From Candidatus Parcubacteria bacterium (GTDB lineage Bacteria > Patescibacteriota > Patescibacteriia > Magasanikbacterales > UBA922): DNA of 54,348 bases. The notes under the pieces are model-generated. The model saw nothing but the letters and a program-made list of their open reading frames with translations. It was not told where the DNA came from and did not search any database. The position numbers and the translations under genes were made by a program. Within the stretch, counting starts at the first letter, position 1, and the number at the start of each line of letters is the position of its first letter. Of this stretch, positions 45,983-54,348 are shown piece after piece. The stretch is from NCBI GenBank assembly GCA_018646705.1, contig JABGUG010000011.1, positions 1 to 54,348 of the forward strand, in the 5' to 3' direction.

Positions 45983-48085
45983 TTATCGTGTATACGTAAA
46001 AATCCAAATCTTATCATTAATAATTTCCCATGAGTCAGCAGATTGCTTTGCACCTTCTACAATCTTATCAAAATTATCCCAATACCAGTTTACAACAAAA
46101 TATGATTTGTTTGTGTTTGTTAATTCCATTGCTTCGTTCATGTATTCACGTTTCTGTCCCTCGTAGAGCATGTTCTGGTATATCTTGTAGAGTGGTCCAC
46201 CGGTTGGAATTGAATAGTAGTACAATTCGCCAAGATCAGTTTGAAAATGTTTTATAAAGCTATATTTTGTCATTGCAGCAACTGATGTAATAGAATTTGC
46301 AAGTACAACATAATTATATTCTTCATTATCTGCATCAATCCATTCAGCAGCTGACACGTCATGCTCTGTTACATTGAATCCAGTGAAGTATACTTTTGGA
46401 TTTCGTTGTGGGTAGCTAAAGTAAAGTGAGACCATGAGGAGTAGGGAACTTGAAATTACAAAGATAGTCATCCATCCTTTTTTTGGTATAGATGTTATTT
46501 CTTCTGTGAGACTTTTGCCAATATAATAAATACCGTACATGCTCCATGGTATGAGGAATAGTAATCCAACGACTAGAAGTCTTGTTGGGTAGCCGCCTTG
46601 TTCTTGAGATATAACATCAGGGAATATAATCCAAGTTCGAAGCAGCCATGCTGCAATCCAAAATCCTATTGTAGTAAGAGGGAAGATGTATTCGACAACT
46701 CTTTTTTGTTTTTTGACAAAAAATCCAATAATACCAAAACCAATAACAATAGGAACAATAAGTCTTTGCCAGAGATATAGAAGCTCAAATAAAATTGGGG
46801 ATTCTTGTCTATACCAAAAAGGTCGTTTAAATAATTCTATAAATTTTCCAATATGTTCAAATGGATTTAAAAAAACTGGAAACCCATGTCCACCTAACTT
46901 TAAATAAACCGCAAACATAGACGCTGGTATGAGCGCTATGCCACAGGTGTATAAAACCAAAAGTGGTATTTGTATTTTTTTTGTTTTTGATATTTTTATA
47001 AGTATAGTTGCAATCACAAAACCAAGAAGTGGGATACCAATAAGTAAGTGAGTCACTGCAGCAACAATACTAAGTACTATAGGAATAATCCATGGGATGT
47101 TTTTTCTAATATATCCAATTGTGGTAAAAATAGTTAGGATTGTTAAAAGCAATACAACATTATAAGGGGTTGTGAGATGTAGAGATGTTACAAATACAAA
47201 TGGAAATAACAATACAAGAGAGAGTGCACTATCTCCGTGGAGCTTCCATGATTTTTTGAGTGTATAATAAATTACAAATGGTAAACTTAATGACGCAAGA
47301 ACAGGTACTAGCCAAACATCTATCGTATGAACAGAAATGTGTGTAATATTTGATAGCCATGTTACAAATCCATATTGACCAATGTAGAATAGAGTTTTTG
47401 GTTCAATCATTCCATTTTGTTGAATCCATACTTCTGTTGCCCTATGAATGAATCCATCAAACCCAAACCCAAGTTTATAAATAATAGGAGCTACTGAGTA
47501 TGTTATAAACAAATGAATTGATGTAAGTATTATGTCACTCGTTGTACGTTTGGTTTTTGTAATAATCCATATCAGAAGTGCGGTTGCTGCAGCATAGATA
47601 AAGAAAAAGGATTTTCCAAGAGTCATCCATGGTGAAGGGAGTACACCAAGTGTCTGGTTTTGAAAAAGTGAATATAGAAGGAATCCTTCGAGAACTAGAA
47701 ATAGTGTTGTAGGGAAAAAATATGAACGTTCAAAATAATCTTCTATTCTGTCAGTTGGGATTTCACTATTTTGTTTGAACAAAAATAGAAATAGGGGAAT
47801 TATCAAAATAGCAGCAGTTGTAATAGATGTAATTTTGTATGGATAATATACGAGTACATTTAAAAGTGTTATTAAACAAAGTACAAGTGTCATACCCCAG
47901 AAACGTCGGCCCTGCTCTCCAATGTATTTTGGTAGAAGTGAGCTGGCCCAGGCGCCAACAGTGAACAAATATATAAGAAAAGAAATAATTCCTATATAAA
48001 TATTATCAAACACAAAGATGCTGAGAATTGCAAAAATAGTGCTTATAATAGCCCAAGTTAACAGTTTTTTTCTATTAAAATACAT
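45983..48085 (-). CDS. Large polytopic membrane protein (possibly GT-C-like)
   Basis: 700 aa, many TMs, GFGFDGFIH loop, soluble C-terminal domain. Confidence 0.75.
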   Translation of the reverse strand: MYFNRKKLLTWAIISTIFAILSIFVFDNIYIGIISFLIYLFTVGAWASSLLPKYIGEQGRRFWGMTLVLCLITLLNVLVYYPYKITSITTAAILIIPLFLFLFKQNSEIPTDRIEDYFERSYFFPTTLFLVLEGFLLYSLFQNQTLGVLPSPWMTLGKSFFFIYAAATALLIWIITKTKRTTSDIILTSIHLFITYSVAPIIYKLGFGFDGFIHRATEVWIQQNGMIEPKTLFYIGQYGFVTWLSNITHISVHTIDVWLVPVLASLSLPFVIYYTLKKSWKLHGDSALSLVLLFPFVFVTSLHLTTPYNVVLLLTILTIFTTIGYIRKNIPWIIPIVLSIVAAVTHLLIGIPLLGFVIATILIKISKTKKIQIPLLVLYTCGIALIPASMFAVYLKLGGHGFPVFLNPFEHIGKFIELFKRPFWYRQESPILFELLYLWQRLIVPIVIGFGIIGFFVKKQKRVVEYIFPLTTIGFWIAAWLLRTWIIFPDVISQEQGGYPTRLLVVGLLFLIPWSMYGIYYIGKSLTEEITSIPKKGWMTIFVISSSLLLMVSLYFSYPQRNPKVYFTGFNVTEHDVSAAEWIDADNEEYNYVVLANSITSVAAMTKYSFIKHFQTDLGELYYYSIPTGGPLYKIYQNMLYEGQKREYMNEAMELTNTNKSYFVVNWYWDNFDKIVEGAKQSADSWEIINDKIWIFTYTR

Positions 48086-48140
48086 ATTGTTTTTTATTAT
48101 CTATAGTAGTATACTAGATAATGTTATTTTAATCTAACAT

Positions 48141-48764
48141 ATGGGAATTATAGATACATTTAGGCGTAGCCACAAAGATCTTTTTGTTTACTTGCCCGCA
48201 GATGAGGTGCATGCACACGATCATTTTTTGGAGCGCACTTGTCTAAGATGGTTACCTAAGTTTGTAACACCAAACCAAATTAGTATTTTTCGTATATTTT
48301 TTACACCAGTTGTGTTTTTTCTAATTTTATATGGGTGCTACAAGACTGGTGTTGTTTTATTTTTATTCAATGCATTTACCGATGCTCTTGATGGATCGCT
48401 TGCACGAACGAAAAATCAAATTACCAAGTTTGGTATGATGATTGACCCGTTGGCAGATAAGCTCCTTATAGGATCAATGGTACTTTTGCTTGTGTTCAAG
48501 CATCTAAATCCGTGGTTAGGAATTGCGGTCCTTGGTATTGAAATTATTTTTATTGTATCTGCATATGTGGCTACAACAAAATTCAAAAATGTGAGAATGG
48601 CAAATTTATGGGGAAAGATAAAGATGGTGTTACAGGTAGTAGCTGTTGGGGTTATTCTTATCGCTCTTGTATTTGAAATGCCTATATTTTTGAATATTGC
48701 TAGTGGAATTTTGGGATTGTCTATCGGGTTTGCTCTTGTTAGTCTGTTTAGGCATGGAATATAG
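48141..48764 (+). CDS. CDP-alcohol phosphatidyltransferase (PgsA-like)
   Basis: TPNQISIFR, TDALDGSLAR...FGMMIDPLADK. Confidence 0.93.
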   Translation: MGIIDTFRRSHKDLFVYLPADEVHAHDHFLERTCLRWLPKFVTPNQISIFRIFFTPVVFFLILYGCYKTGVVLFLFNAFTDALDGSLARTKNQITKFGMMIDPLADKLLIGSMVLLLVFKHLNPWLGIAVLGIEIIFIVSAYVATTKFKNVRMANLWGKIKMVLQVVAVGVILIALVFEMPIFLNIASGILGLSIGFALVSLFRHGI

Positions 48765-48819
48765 AGAAGAAGTAGGCTTTAAGAAATAAAAATTAAGTAT
48801 TTTGTTCTATAAAACGTAA

Positions 48820-48854
48820 TCGACCCGCGGGATTATCCAAATCCCGCGGGTCGA
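48820..48854. terminator. 15-bp GC-rich hairpin between convergent genes
   Basis: TCGACCCGCGGGATT / AATCCCGCGGGTCGA. Confidence 0.75.
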
Positions 48855-48871
48855 AGCTCCTAGTTGTTCGG

Positions 48872-49600
48872 TTAGCTCGCCGTCTTCCTGCTCGAAATCT
48901 TTTGGAGCAGGCTCATCGAGGCAAGCGGAACTGCCGCCACGAGGGCCCAGGCCCAGATGTGGTAGCACCACAGACCCCCTTCGGGCGTGCCCGAGAAGAT
49001 CAGGGCGCTGAGGCCGACCACCTCGAGCACCATCTTGGTTTTGCCCGCATTGCGTGCAGCGAGATTGAGACGTGGTTGAGCTGTCTTGGCAGATGTCGTC
49101 TTCGTGTTGTGGAGGTAGTCTTGCCATCTCACGATGGTCAGCACACACTCCGTGAAAACGAGTATACTCATTGCCGTGATCGCGACCACGAGGAGCCATG
49201 TGTCCACGTAATTGGCGATCTCGATGGCAAATGGTACCAACACGGCCGATAGACCCCACGACGCCTTGTCGATGATCGGATCGAGGAACTCCCCATCGTC
49301 CTCGTTGTCGAGGTGTCTCGTCCTCTTACGCTCGCGTGCGACCGATCCATCGATCGCATCTCCCCACCAGCTCAGCAGATGGAGGAGGAACGCCGCGTAG
49401 TTGAAGTCGAAACCGAGGAGTATGATCATGGGCATGATCAGCAAACCTCGGACGATCGTAATGGCGTTTGCCGTCACCCCAAACACCATGAAGAGGGGGG
49501 TGACTCCTAGCCACTTGTGAATGGGATCCTGCAGACGCGCAGGGACGTCGGTCCTGTCCGGACCATCCTCTCTTCTCTTGTCTATGAAACGGATGCTCAT
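48872..49600 (-). CDS. GC-rich CDP-alcohol phosphatidyltransferase
   Basis: TANAITIVR, GDAIDGSVAR...GEFLDPIIDK, GKTKM. SD AGGGAG 6 nt before ATG 49600; promoter TTGACG-17-TACAAC (49689-49661). Confidence 0.88.
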   Translation of the reverse strand: MSIRFIDKRREDGPDRTDVPARLQDPIHKWLGVTPLFMVFGVTANAITIVRGLLIMPMIILLGFDFNYAAFLLHLLSWWGDAIDGSVARERKRTRHLDNEDDGEFLDPIIDKASWGLSAVLVPFAIEIANYVDTWLLVVAITAMSILVFTECVLTIVRWQDYLHNTKTTSAKTAQPRLNLAARNAGKTKMVLEVVGLSALIFSGTPEGGLWCYHIWAWALVAAVPLASMSLLQKISSRKTAS

Positions 49601-49694
49601 CGCTCTCTCCCTATTTCCCATAAAAGGGAAAAACTCTTTGAGTGTTTCGTCGTTTAATTGGTTGTACCATTTAAGATTGTTCTCGTCAAGTATT

Positions 49695-51275
49695 ATGAAT
49701 GAATTTTTCCACAATAAACATAAATTTACTCTACTGATTTTTTCAGTAGTATTTTTCTTTTTGTATAATTGTTTGAATTTTATAGTGCCAGGAATATTTA
49801 ATTCTCCAGATGAAACAGCAAATTTTGTTTTTAGTAGTACGGTTGCACAGGAAAACAGCCTCACTATTTCTTTGGAAGATTATGGAGATTTAAATGAATT
49901 TATTCATCCTCGTAGTACATTTGTAGAAGAAGGCGGGGGAGAAAAAATTCTTCCAGTTGGTTTTTGGGGGATGCCAGTCATGTACGGGTTGATAGGGAAG
50001 TTGGTCAGTATAAAATTAATTATATTTTTAACGTCCGTACTTGCAATCTTAGGTGTATGGGCGTTTTTTGGAATCGTAAAGAGAATATTTGATAAAAAAA
50101 TTGCATTTTGGTCAAGTGTTTTATTGTTTTTTCAACCAGTATTGTGGTATTACACCGCACGAAGTATGTTTCATAATGTTCCTTTTGTAAGTTTATTATT
50201 TATTGGCTTATGGCTTTTGATAATTAAACCAATAAAAAAACATGTGTGGTCAAACGATGTTCTTGGAATGATTATATTTATGTCTGGAGTTCTCATGCGA
50301 CCAAATGAAATTATTTGGATTGCACTTTGTGCGCTTATTGTTGTAATAATATATAGAAAAGAAATTTCATTTTCACGATTACTTACGTGGGTCTGTATCA
50401 GTCTTTTGTTTATAGGATTATATGGTTGGTTAAATGCAGCTGTATATGGAAGCTCGGCTGGAAGTTATGTAAGTTCTCGTTCTCTTGAAATTAGACACTG
50501 GTATTCATTTATATTTCCATTTGGTATTGATCTTAAAATGATTTTGAAAAGTGGGTGGTTTTATTTTGTAAAATTATTTTGGTGGTTTAGTATCCCAGCA
50601 TTAGTTGGTTTTTGTGTATTTGTATATGAATGGATTAGGGGTAGGCTTTCAAAAGAACAAATTACTTTTGGTATTGTCTTTATTTTGATCAGTTTGTTCC
50701 TGTTTTTTTATTATGGAAGCAATCAGGATACACTTTTTGGTCTCAAGACTATTGGAGTGGCATATGCACGTTATTGGCTTCCATTGTTTATGATAAATAC
50801 AATATTTGTCATTTTTGGCTATTTTTGGCTGTTAAAAAGAGTCTTATACAAGAAAATAGTGGGTATTTTGGGGATAATTTTGATTGGAATTTCCTTTATA
50901 TTAAGCGCAAATATTGTTTACAGCGGTATTGATGGCCTCAAAAGTACCAAAAATAACCTTATTTACGCACAAAATGTGCAAAATTGGGTATTGGCTAACA
51001 CACAAGAGAGTGATATAATCGTAACTGACTACGAAGACAAGTTCTTCTGGCCAAAGAGACAGGTAATTGTCCGTTTTTTTGATTCTCGGGTTGGTGAGGC
51101 AATTAGCAAATTAATTGAAGGAGAAGAGAATATATATTATTTTACACACATAACTGACGAGGTGCTTGGTCAATCTCAACCAGATGAAATTAGAGAATAT
51201 GCTAGTAAGTTTGGAGTAGATATAGAGCCTATAAATTATTTTGAGAATCACGGATTATTTTTATTTAAAAAATGA
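49695..51275 (+). CDS. ArnT/GT39-like (GT-C) glycosyltransferase
   Basis: FNSPDE first-loop motif, many TMs, YARYWLP. Start reassigned to ATG 49695. Confidence 0.8.
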   Translation: MNEFFHNKHKFTLLIFSVVFFFLYNCLNFIVPGIFNSPDETANFVFSSTVAQENSLTISLEDYGDLNEFIHPRSTFVEEGGGEKILPVGFWGMPVMYGLIGKLVSIKLIIFLTSVLAILGVWAFFGIVKRIFDKKIAFWSSVLLFFQPVLWYYTARSMFHNVPFVSLLFIGLWLLIIKPIKKHVWSNDVLGMIIFMSGVLMRPNEIIWIALCALIVVIIYRKEISFSRLLTWVCISLLFIGLYGWLNAAVYGSSAGSYVSSRSLEIRHWYSFIFPFGIDLKMILKSGWFYFVKLFWWFSIPALVGFCVFVYEWIRGRLSKEQITFGIVFILISLFLFFYYGSNQDTLFGLKTIGVAYARYWLPLFMINTIFVIFGYFWLLKRVLYKKIVGILGIILIGISFILSANIVYSGIDGLKSTKNNLIYAQNVQNWVLANTQESDIIVTDYEDKFFWPKRQVIVRFFDSRVGEAISKLIEGEENIYYFTHITDEVLGQSQPDEIREYASKFGVDIEPINYFENHGLFLFKK

Positions 51276-51276
51276 T

Positions 51277-51681
51277 ATGGAAGATTGTATTTTTTGTAAA
51301 ATTTTGAAAGGAGAAATTCCTAATCATACTGTTTACGAAGACAAAAATGTTTTGGCTTTTTTGGATATATATCCTCATGCAAAAGGACATACAATAGTTA
51401 TTCCAAAAGTTCATGCTGAAACTTATTTTGACTTGAATGAAGAATTGTTAACTAGTTTTTCTAATGGAGTAAAGCGTGCAATGGAGAACGTTCAAAACAA
51501 ATTGCAACCAGATGGATTTAATGTCGGTTGGAACCAAAATAAAGTTGCTGGACAAGTCGTTCCTCATTTACATATGCATATTATTCCACGTTATGAGGGG
51601 GACGGTGGTGGAAGTATTCATTCTATTATAAAAAATCCTGGAGAAAAAACAGTTGACGAGATATCAAAATTATTTGAATAA
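51277..51681 (+). CDS. HIT family hydrolase
   Basis: DCIFCKI, FLDIYP, GQVVPHLHMHIIPR. Confidence 0.95.
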   Translation: MEDCIFCKILKGEIPNHTVYEDKNVLAFLDIYPHAKGHTIVIPKVHAETYFDLNEELLTSFSNGVKRAMENVQNKLQPDGFNVGWNQNKVAGQVVPHLHMHIIPRYEGDGGGSIHSIIKNPGEKTVDEISKLFE

Positions 51682-51686
51682 AAAGT

Positions 51687-52223
51687 ATGCCAAAACATTT
51701 GAAAAAATTATCAGAAGAGACCTTGCATGAAAATCCGTGGTGGAAGTACAAGCATGATACATACGAAAAACCTAATGACAAAGAGGGTGATTATTTTTAT
51801 GGTGAGACAAACGGAGTGGTTATGATTGTGCCTATACTTGAAGATGGTAGGCTTGCTTTGACATTGCAGCATAGATATTTGGTAGATAAACAAAGTATTG
51901 AATTTCCTGCTGGCGGTATCAAAGATGGTTTGGATCCAGCAGAAGCTGCTAAACTAGAACTTCTGGAAGAGACCGGCTGTGTACCAAGGGAGATGATCAA
52001 AATGGGTACATTTGAACCAGCAAATGGATTTGTAAAAAATACATGCCATGTTTATTTAGCCCATATAGAATCTCAAGGCGAACAGCATTTAGATGATTCA
52101 GAAGAAATAGAACTTATGTATCGTCGTCCAGAAGAGATAGATGACATGATTCGCAAAAATGAAATTTGGGATGGAGAAACTATGGCTACATGGGCACTTG
52201 TACATCATTATTTTATTCATTAA
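51687..52223 (+). CDS. Nudix hydrolase (ADP-ribose pyrophosphatase-like)
   Basis: QHRY, EFPAGG...ELLEETG, LDDSEEI. Confidence 0.9.
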   Translation: MPKHLKKLSEETLHENPWWKYKHDTYEKPNDKEGDYFYGETNGVVMIVPILEDGRLALTLQHRYLVDKQSIEFPAGGIKDGLDPAEAAKLELLEETGCVPREMIKMGTFEPANGFVKNTCHVYLAHIESQGEQHLDDSEEIELMYRRPEEIDDMIRKNEIWDGETMATWALVHHYFIH

Positions 52224-52230
52224 TAATTTT

Positions 52231-53169
52231 ATGGCTCACCCATTTACTATTCCTGTTATAGGAGAACAAAAATATGCAGTAATCTGCGCTGATATTATTA
52301 TAGAAAATGATAAGGGTGAAATTTTGATAGAAAAAACAGGTGTGGGCCCTATGACAGATAAGTGGATTTTGTCAGGAGGTTGTGTACATGTTGACGATGA
52401 TAATATTCAAGCCGCAGCTTTGCGTAGTGTAAAAGAAGAAGTTGGTTTAGATATTGAATTAACACATTTGGTAGATGTATTTGGCAATCCAGAAGCAAAG
52501 CCCGTAGCAGATACTCGTTTTTATGCTGTACAGGTTTTGTACACTGCTCGTCCAAAGGTAGGCTCCAAGTGTAGTGTACCAACAGAAACTATTAAGGAAT
52601 ATAAATGGATTAAGCCAGAAAGTCTAATATGGGTAAAGATGGGGTTCAATCACAAGAAACTTGTAAAGAGGTATTTAGAAAAAAAACGACGTGGTGAACT
52701 TATGCCAGCAGATAGATCATTTTTTTCTGATCACTTTGGCAAAGACTATTCATATGAAAGTAATGATTATATGCATACGATTGTCATGGGAATTGCTCTA
52801 AACGAAGACAATGAGGTACTCCTTGCACATCGTGCACAGAATCCGTTCAAAGGTCATTGGGATTTTCCTGGTGGACATATGTATGTACATGAGTCTATCG
52901 AAGAATGTCTCAAACGTGAGGTTATGGAAGAGCTTGGTGTGGAATGTGAGATGGGTAATTTATTTCAAGTATATTCTGACAAAGGAATGAGCCCAAGATT
53001 TTCTCGCGCAATGGTTCTGTATTTTATAAAAATTAAAAGTGAAGATTTTGTAAAAAATATAGAAATGGATGATTTTAAATATTTTCCTTTATATAAATTG
53101 CCAGATAATTTGGCGTATCACGTAGAAGGAGCTTTGAGTGATATAAAAAAATACATAGATAAAAAATAA
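52231..53169 (+). CDS. Tandem double-Nudix protein
   Basis: Degenerate box GGCVHVDDDNIQAAALRSVKEEVGL and canonical box GGHMYVHESIEECLKREVMEELGV. Confidence 0.85.
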   Translation: MAHPFTIPVIGEQKYAVICADIIIENDKGEILIEKTGVGPMTDKWILSGGCVHVDDDNIQAAALRSVKEEVGLDIELTHLVDVFGNPEAKPVADTRFYAVQVLYTARPKVGSKCSVPTETIKEYKWIKPESLIWVKMGFNHKKLVKRYLEKKRRGELMPADRSFFSDHFGKDYSYESNDYMHTIVMGIALNEDNEVLLAHRAQNPFKGHWDFPGGHMYVHESIEECLKREVMEELGVECEMGNLFQVYSDKGMSPRFSRAMVLYFIKIKSEDFVKNIEMDDFKYFPLYKLPDNLAYHVEGALSDIKKYIDKK

Positions 53170-53171
53170 TT

Positions 53172-54173
53172 ATGAAATTACTTGTTACGGGAGGAGCAGG
53201 ATTTATCGGGTCACATTTTATTCGCTATTGGTTGAAGCGTCACCCTGAGGACGAGATTACCAATCTCGATCTTTTAACATATGCAGGGAATTTGGAAAAT
53301 TTAAAAGATGTACAAGATAATAAAAATTATAAGTTTGTAAAAGGAGATATATGTGATAGAGATTTTGTTTTTGATCTTGTAAGAGATGCAGACTTGGTTG
53401 TTCACTTTGCAGCTGAATCTCACGTAGATCGTTCTATTATAGATCCAAGCGCATTTATTCGTACAAATGTTTTAGGAACACAAACTCTGCTTGATGCAGT
53501 AAAAGAATTTGGAAAACGTATTCACCATGTTTCAACTGATGAGGTGTTTGGCGCACTTAAGCCAGAGGATCCTGCATTTGATGAAAATACACCATATGAT
53601 CCACGTAGCCCATATTCTGCAAGTAAGGCAGCGTCCGATCATCTAGTGCGAGCATATTATCATACATACGGAATCAAGATGACGATTTCCAATTGTTCAA
53701 ACAATTATGGATCATACATGTTTCCAGAAAAAATGCTCCCATTATTTATTTCAAATCTAATGGAAGGAAAAAAAGTTCCAGTGTATGGAGATGGACAACA
53801 AGTTCGTGATTGGATTCATGTTTTGGATCATGCACGTGGAATTGATTTTGTTTTGCAAAAAGGAAAGATAGGGGAGACATATTGCCTTGGAGGAAATAGT
53901 GAATTGGCAAATTTAGATGTTACGAAGACTCTTCTCAAACTCATGGACAAAGATGAAAGTTCTATAGAGTTTGTAAAAGATCGCCCTGGTCACGATAGGC
54001 GATATGCAATTGATTTTTCAAAAGCAAAAAATGAACTTGGTTGGGAACCGGAAATGAAGTTTGAAGACGGATTGAAAGAAATGATTGATTGGTATAAGCA
54101 AAATCAAGATTGGGTAGAAAGGTGCAAGAGTGGGGAATATCAAAAATATTATAATAAACAATATGGTTCATAG
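53172..54173 (+). CDS. rfbB: dTDP-glucose 4,6-dehydratase
   Basis: VTGGAGFIGS, LTYAGN, FAAESHVDRSI, STDEV, YSASK, DRPGHDRRY. Confidence 0.97.
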   Translation: MKLLVTGGAGFIGSHFIRYWLKRHPEDEITNLDLLTYAGNLENLKDVQDNKNYKFVKGDICDRDFVFDLVRDADLVVHFAAESHVDRSIIDPSAFIRTNVLGTQTLLDAVKEFGKRIHHVSTDEVFGALKPEDPAFDENTPYDPRSPYSASKAASDHLVRAYYHTYGIKMTISNCSNNYGSYMFPEKMLPLFISNLMEGKKVPVYGDGQQVRDWIHVLDHARGIDFVLQKGKIGETYCLGGNSELANLDVTKTLLKLMDKDESSIEFVKDRPGHDRRYAIDFSKAKNELGWEPEMKFEDGLKEMIDWYKQNQDWVERCKSGEYQKYYNKQYGS

Positions 54174-54192
54174 GAACCTAAGAACTAAATAT

Positions 54193-54348
54193 ATGAAAAT
54201 ATTAGTCATTGGCGGTGGTTATGTAGGAAATAGATGTCATGAAACCTGGGAAGGTTCTGTTTTGAGTACAGGCATGATTACTTCAAAAGAAGATGTTCTA
54301 AAATTGATTGACGAGCATAAACCAGATGCAATACTAAATGCCGCAGGA
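54193..54348 (+). CDS. NAD(P)-dependent sugar-nucleotide reductase (RfbD-like), truncated by window end
   Basis: MKILVIGGGYVG...KPDAILNAAG immediately after rfbB. Confidence 0.75.
   Translation, partial: MKILVIGGGYVGNRCHETWEGSVLSTGMITSKEDVLKLIDEHKPDAILNAAG

Noticed and set aside
49521-49864. Long N-terminal extensions making the two divergent ORFs overlap
   Set aside because: Better starts exist at 49600 (minus, with SD and promoter) and 49695 (plus), which removes the overlap.

Overview
AT-rich (roughly one-third GC, estimated by eye) bacterial chromosomal window. Gene content, A/T-rich leaders without Shine-Dalgarno (SD) motifs and a GAGC-type lipobox suggest Patescibacteria (CPR); this assignment is inference. 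The coding backbone is housekeeping: a MacB-type ABC transporter, YidC-like + SPFH, a heat-shock operon (hrcA, Nudix-GrpE fusion, hsp20, dnaK, dnaJ), rnhA, recJ, lepA, murJ, corA, uvrB/A/C, mraZ-rsmH-ftsL-like, a membrane-anchored Clp ATPase, rplU, recR-ybaB-dnaB, glycosyltransferases, HIT/Nudix enzymes and rfbB. The unusual content is intergenic. (1) There are about six GC-rich islands, most with their own sigma70-like promoter and a terminal hairpin. They include two tRNA-like RNAs with expanded anticodon regions and three large structured non-coding RNA candidates that I cannot assign to a known class. (2) There are more than a dozen inverted arrays of 7-9-nt tandem repeats and REP-like palindromes from several sequence families. 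They occur both 'filled' (bracketing a four-helix-bundle gene inserted in an operon) and 'empty', and several have been absorbed into start codons, stop codons or reading frames. All RNA structures were paired by eye; no database search was run.
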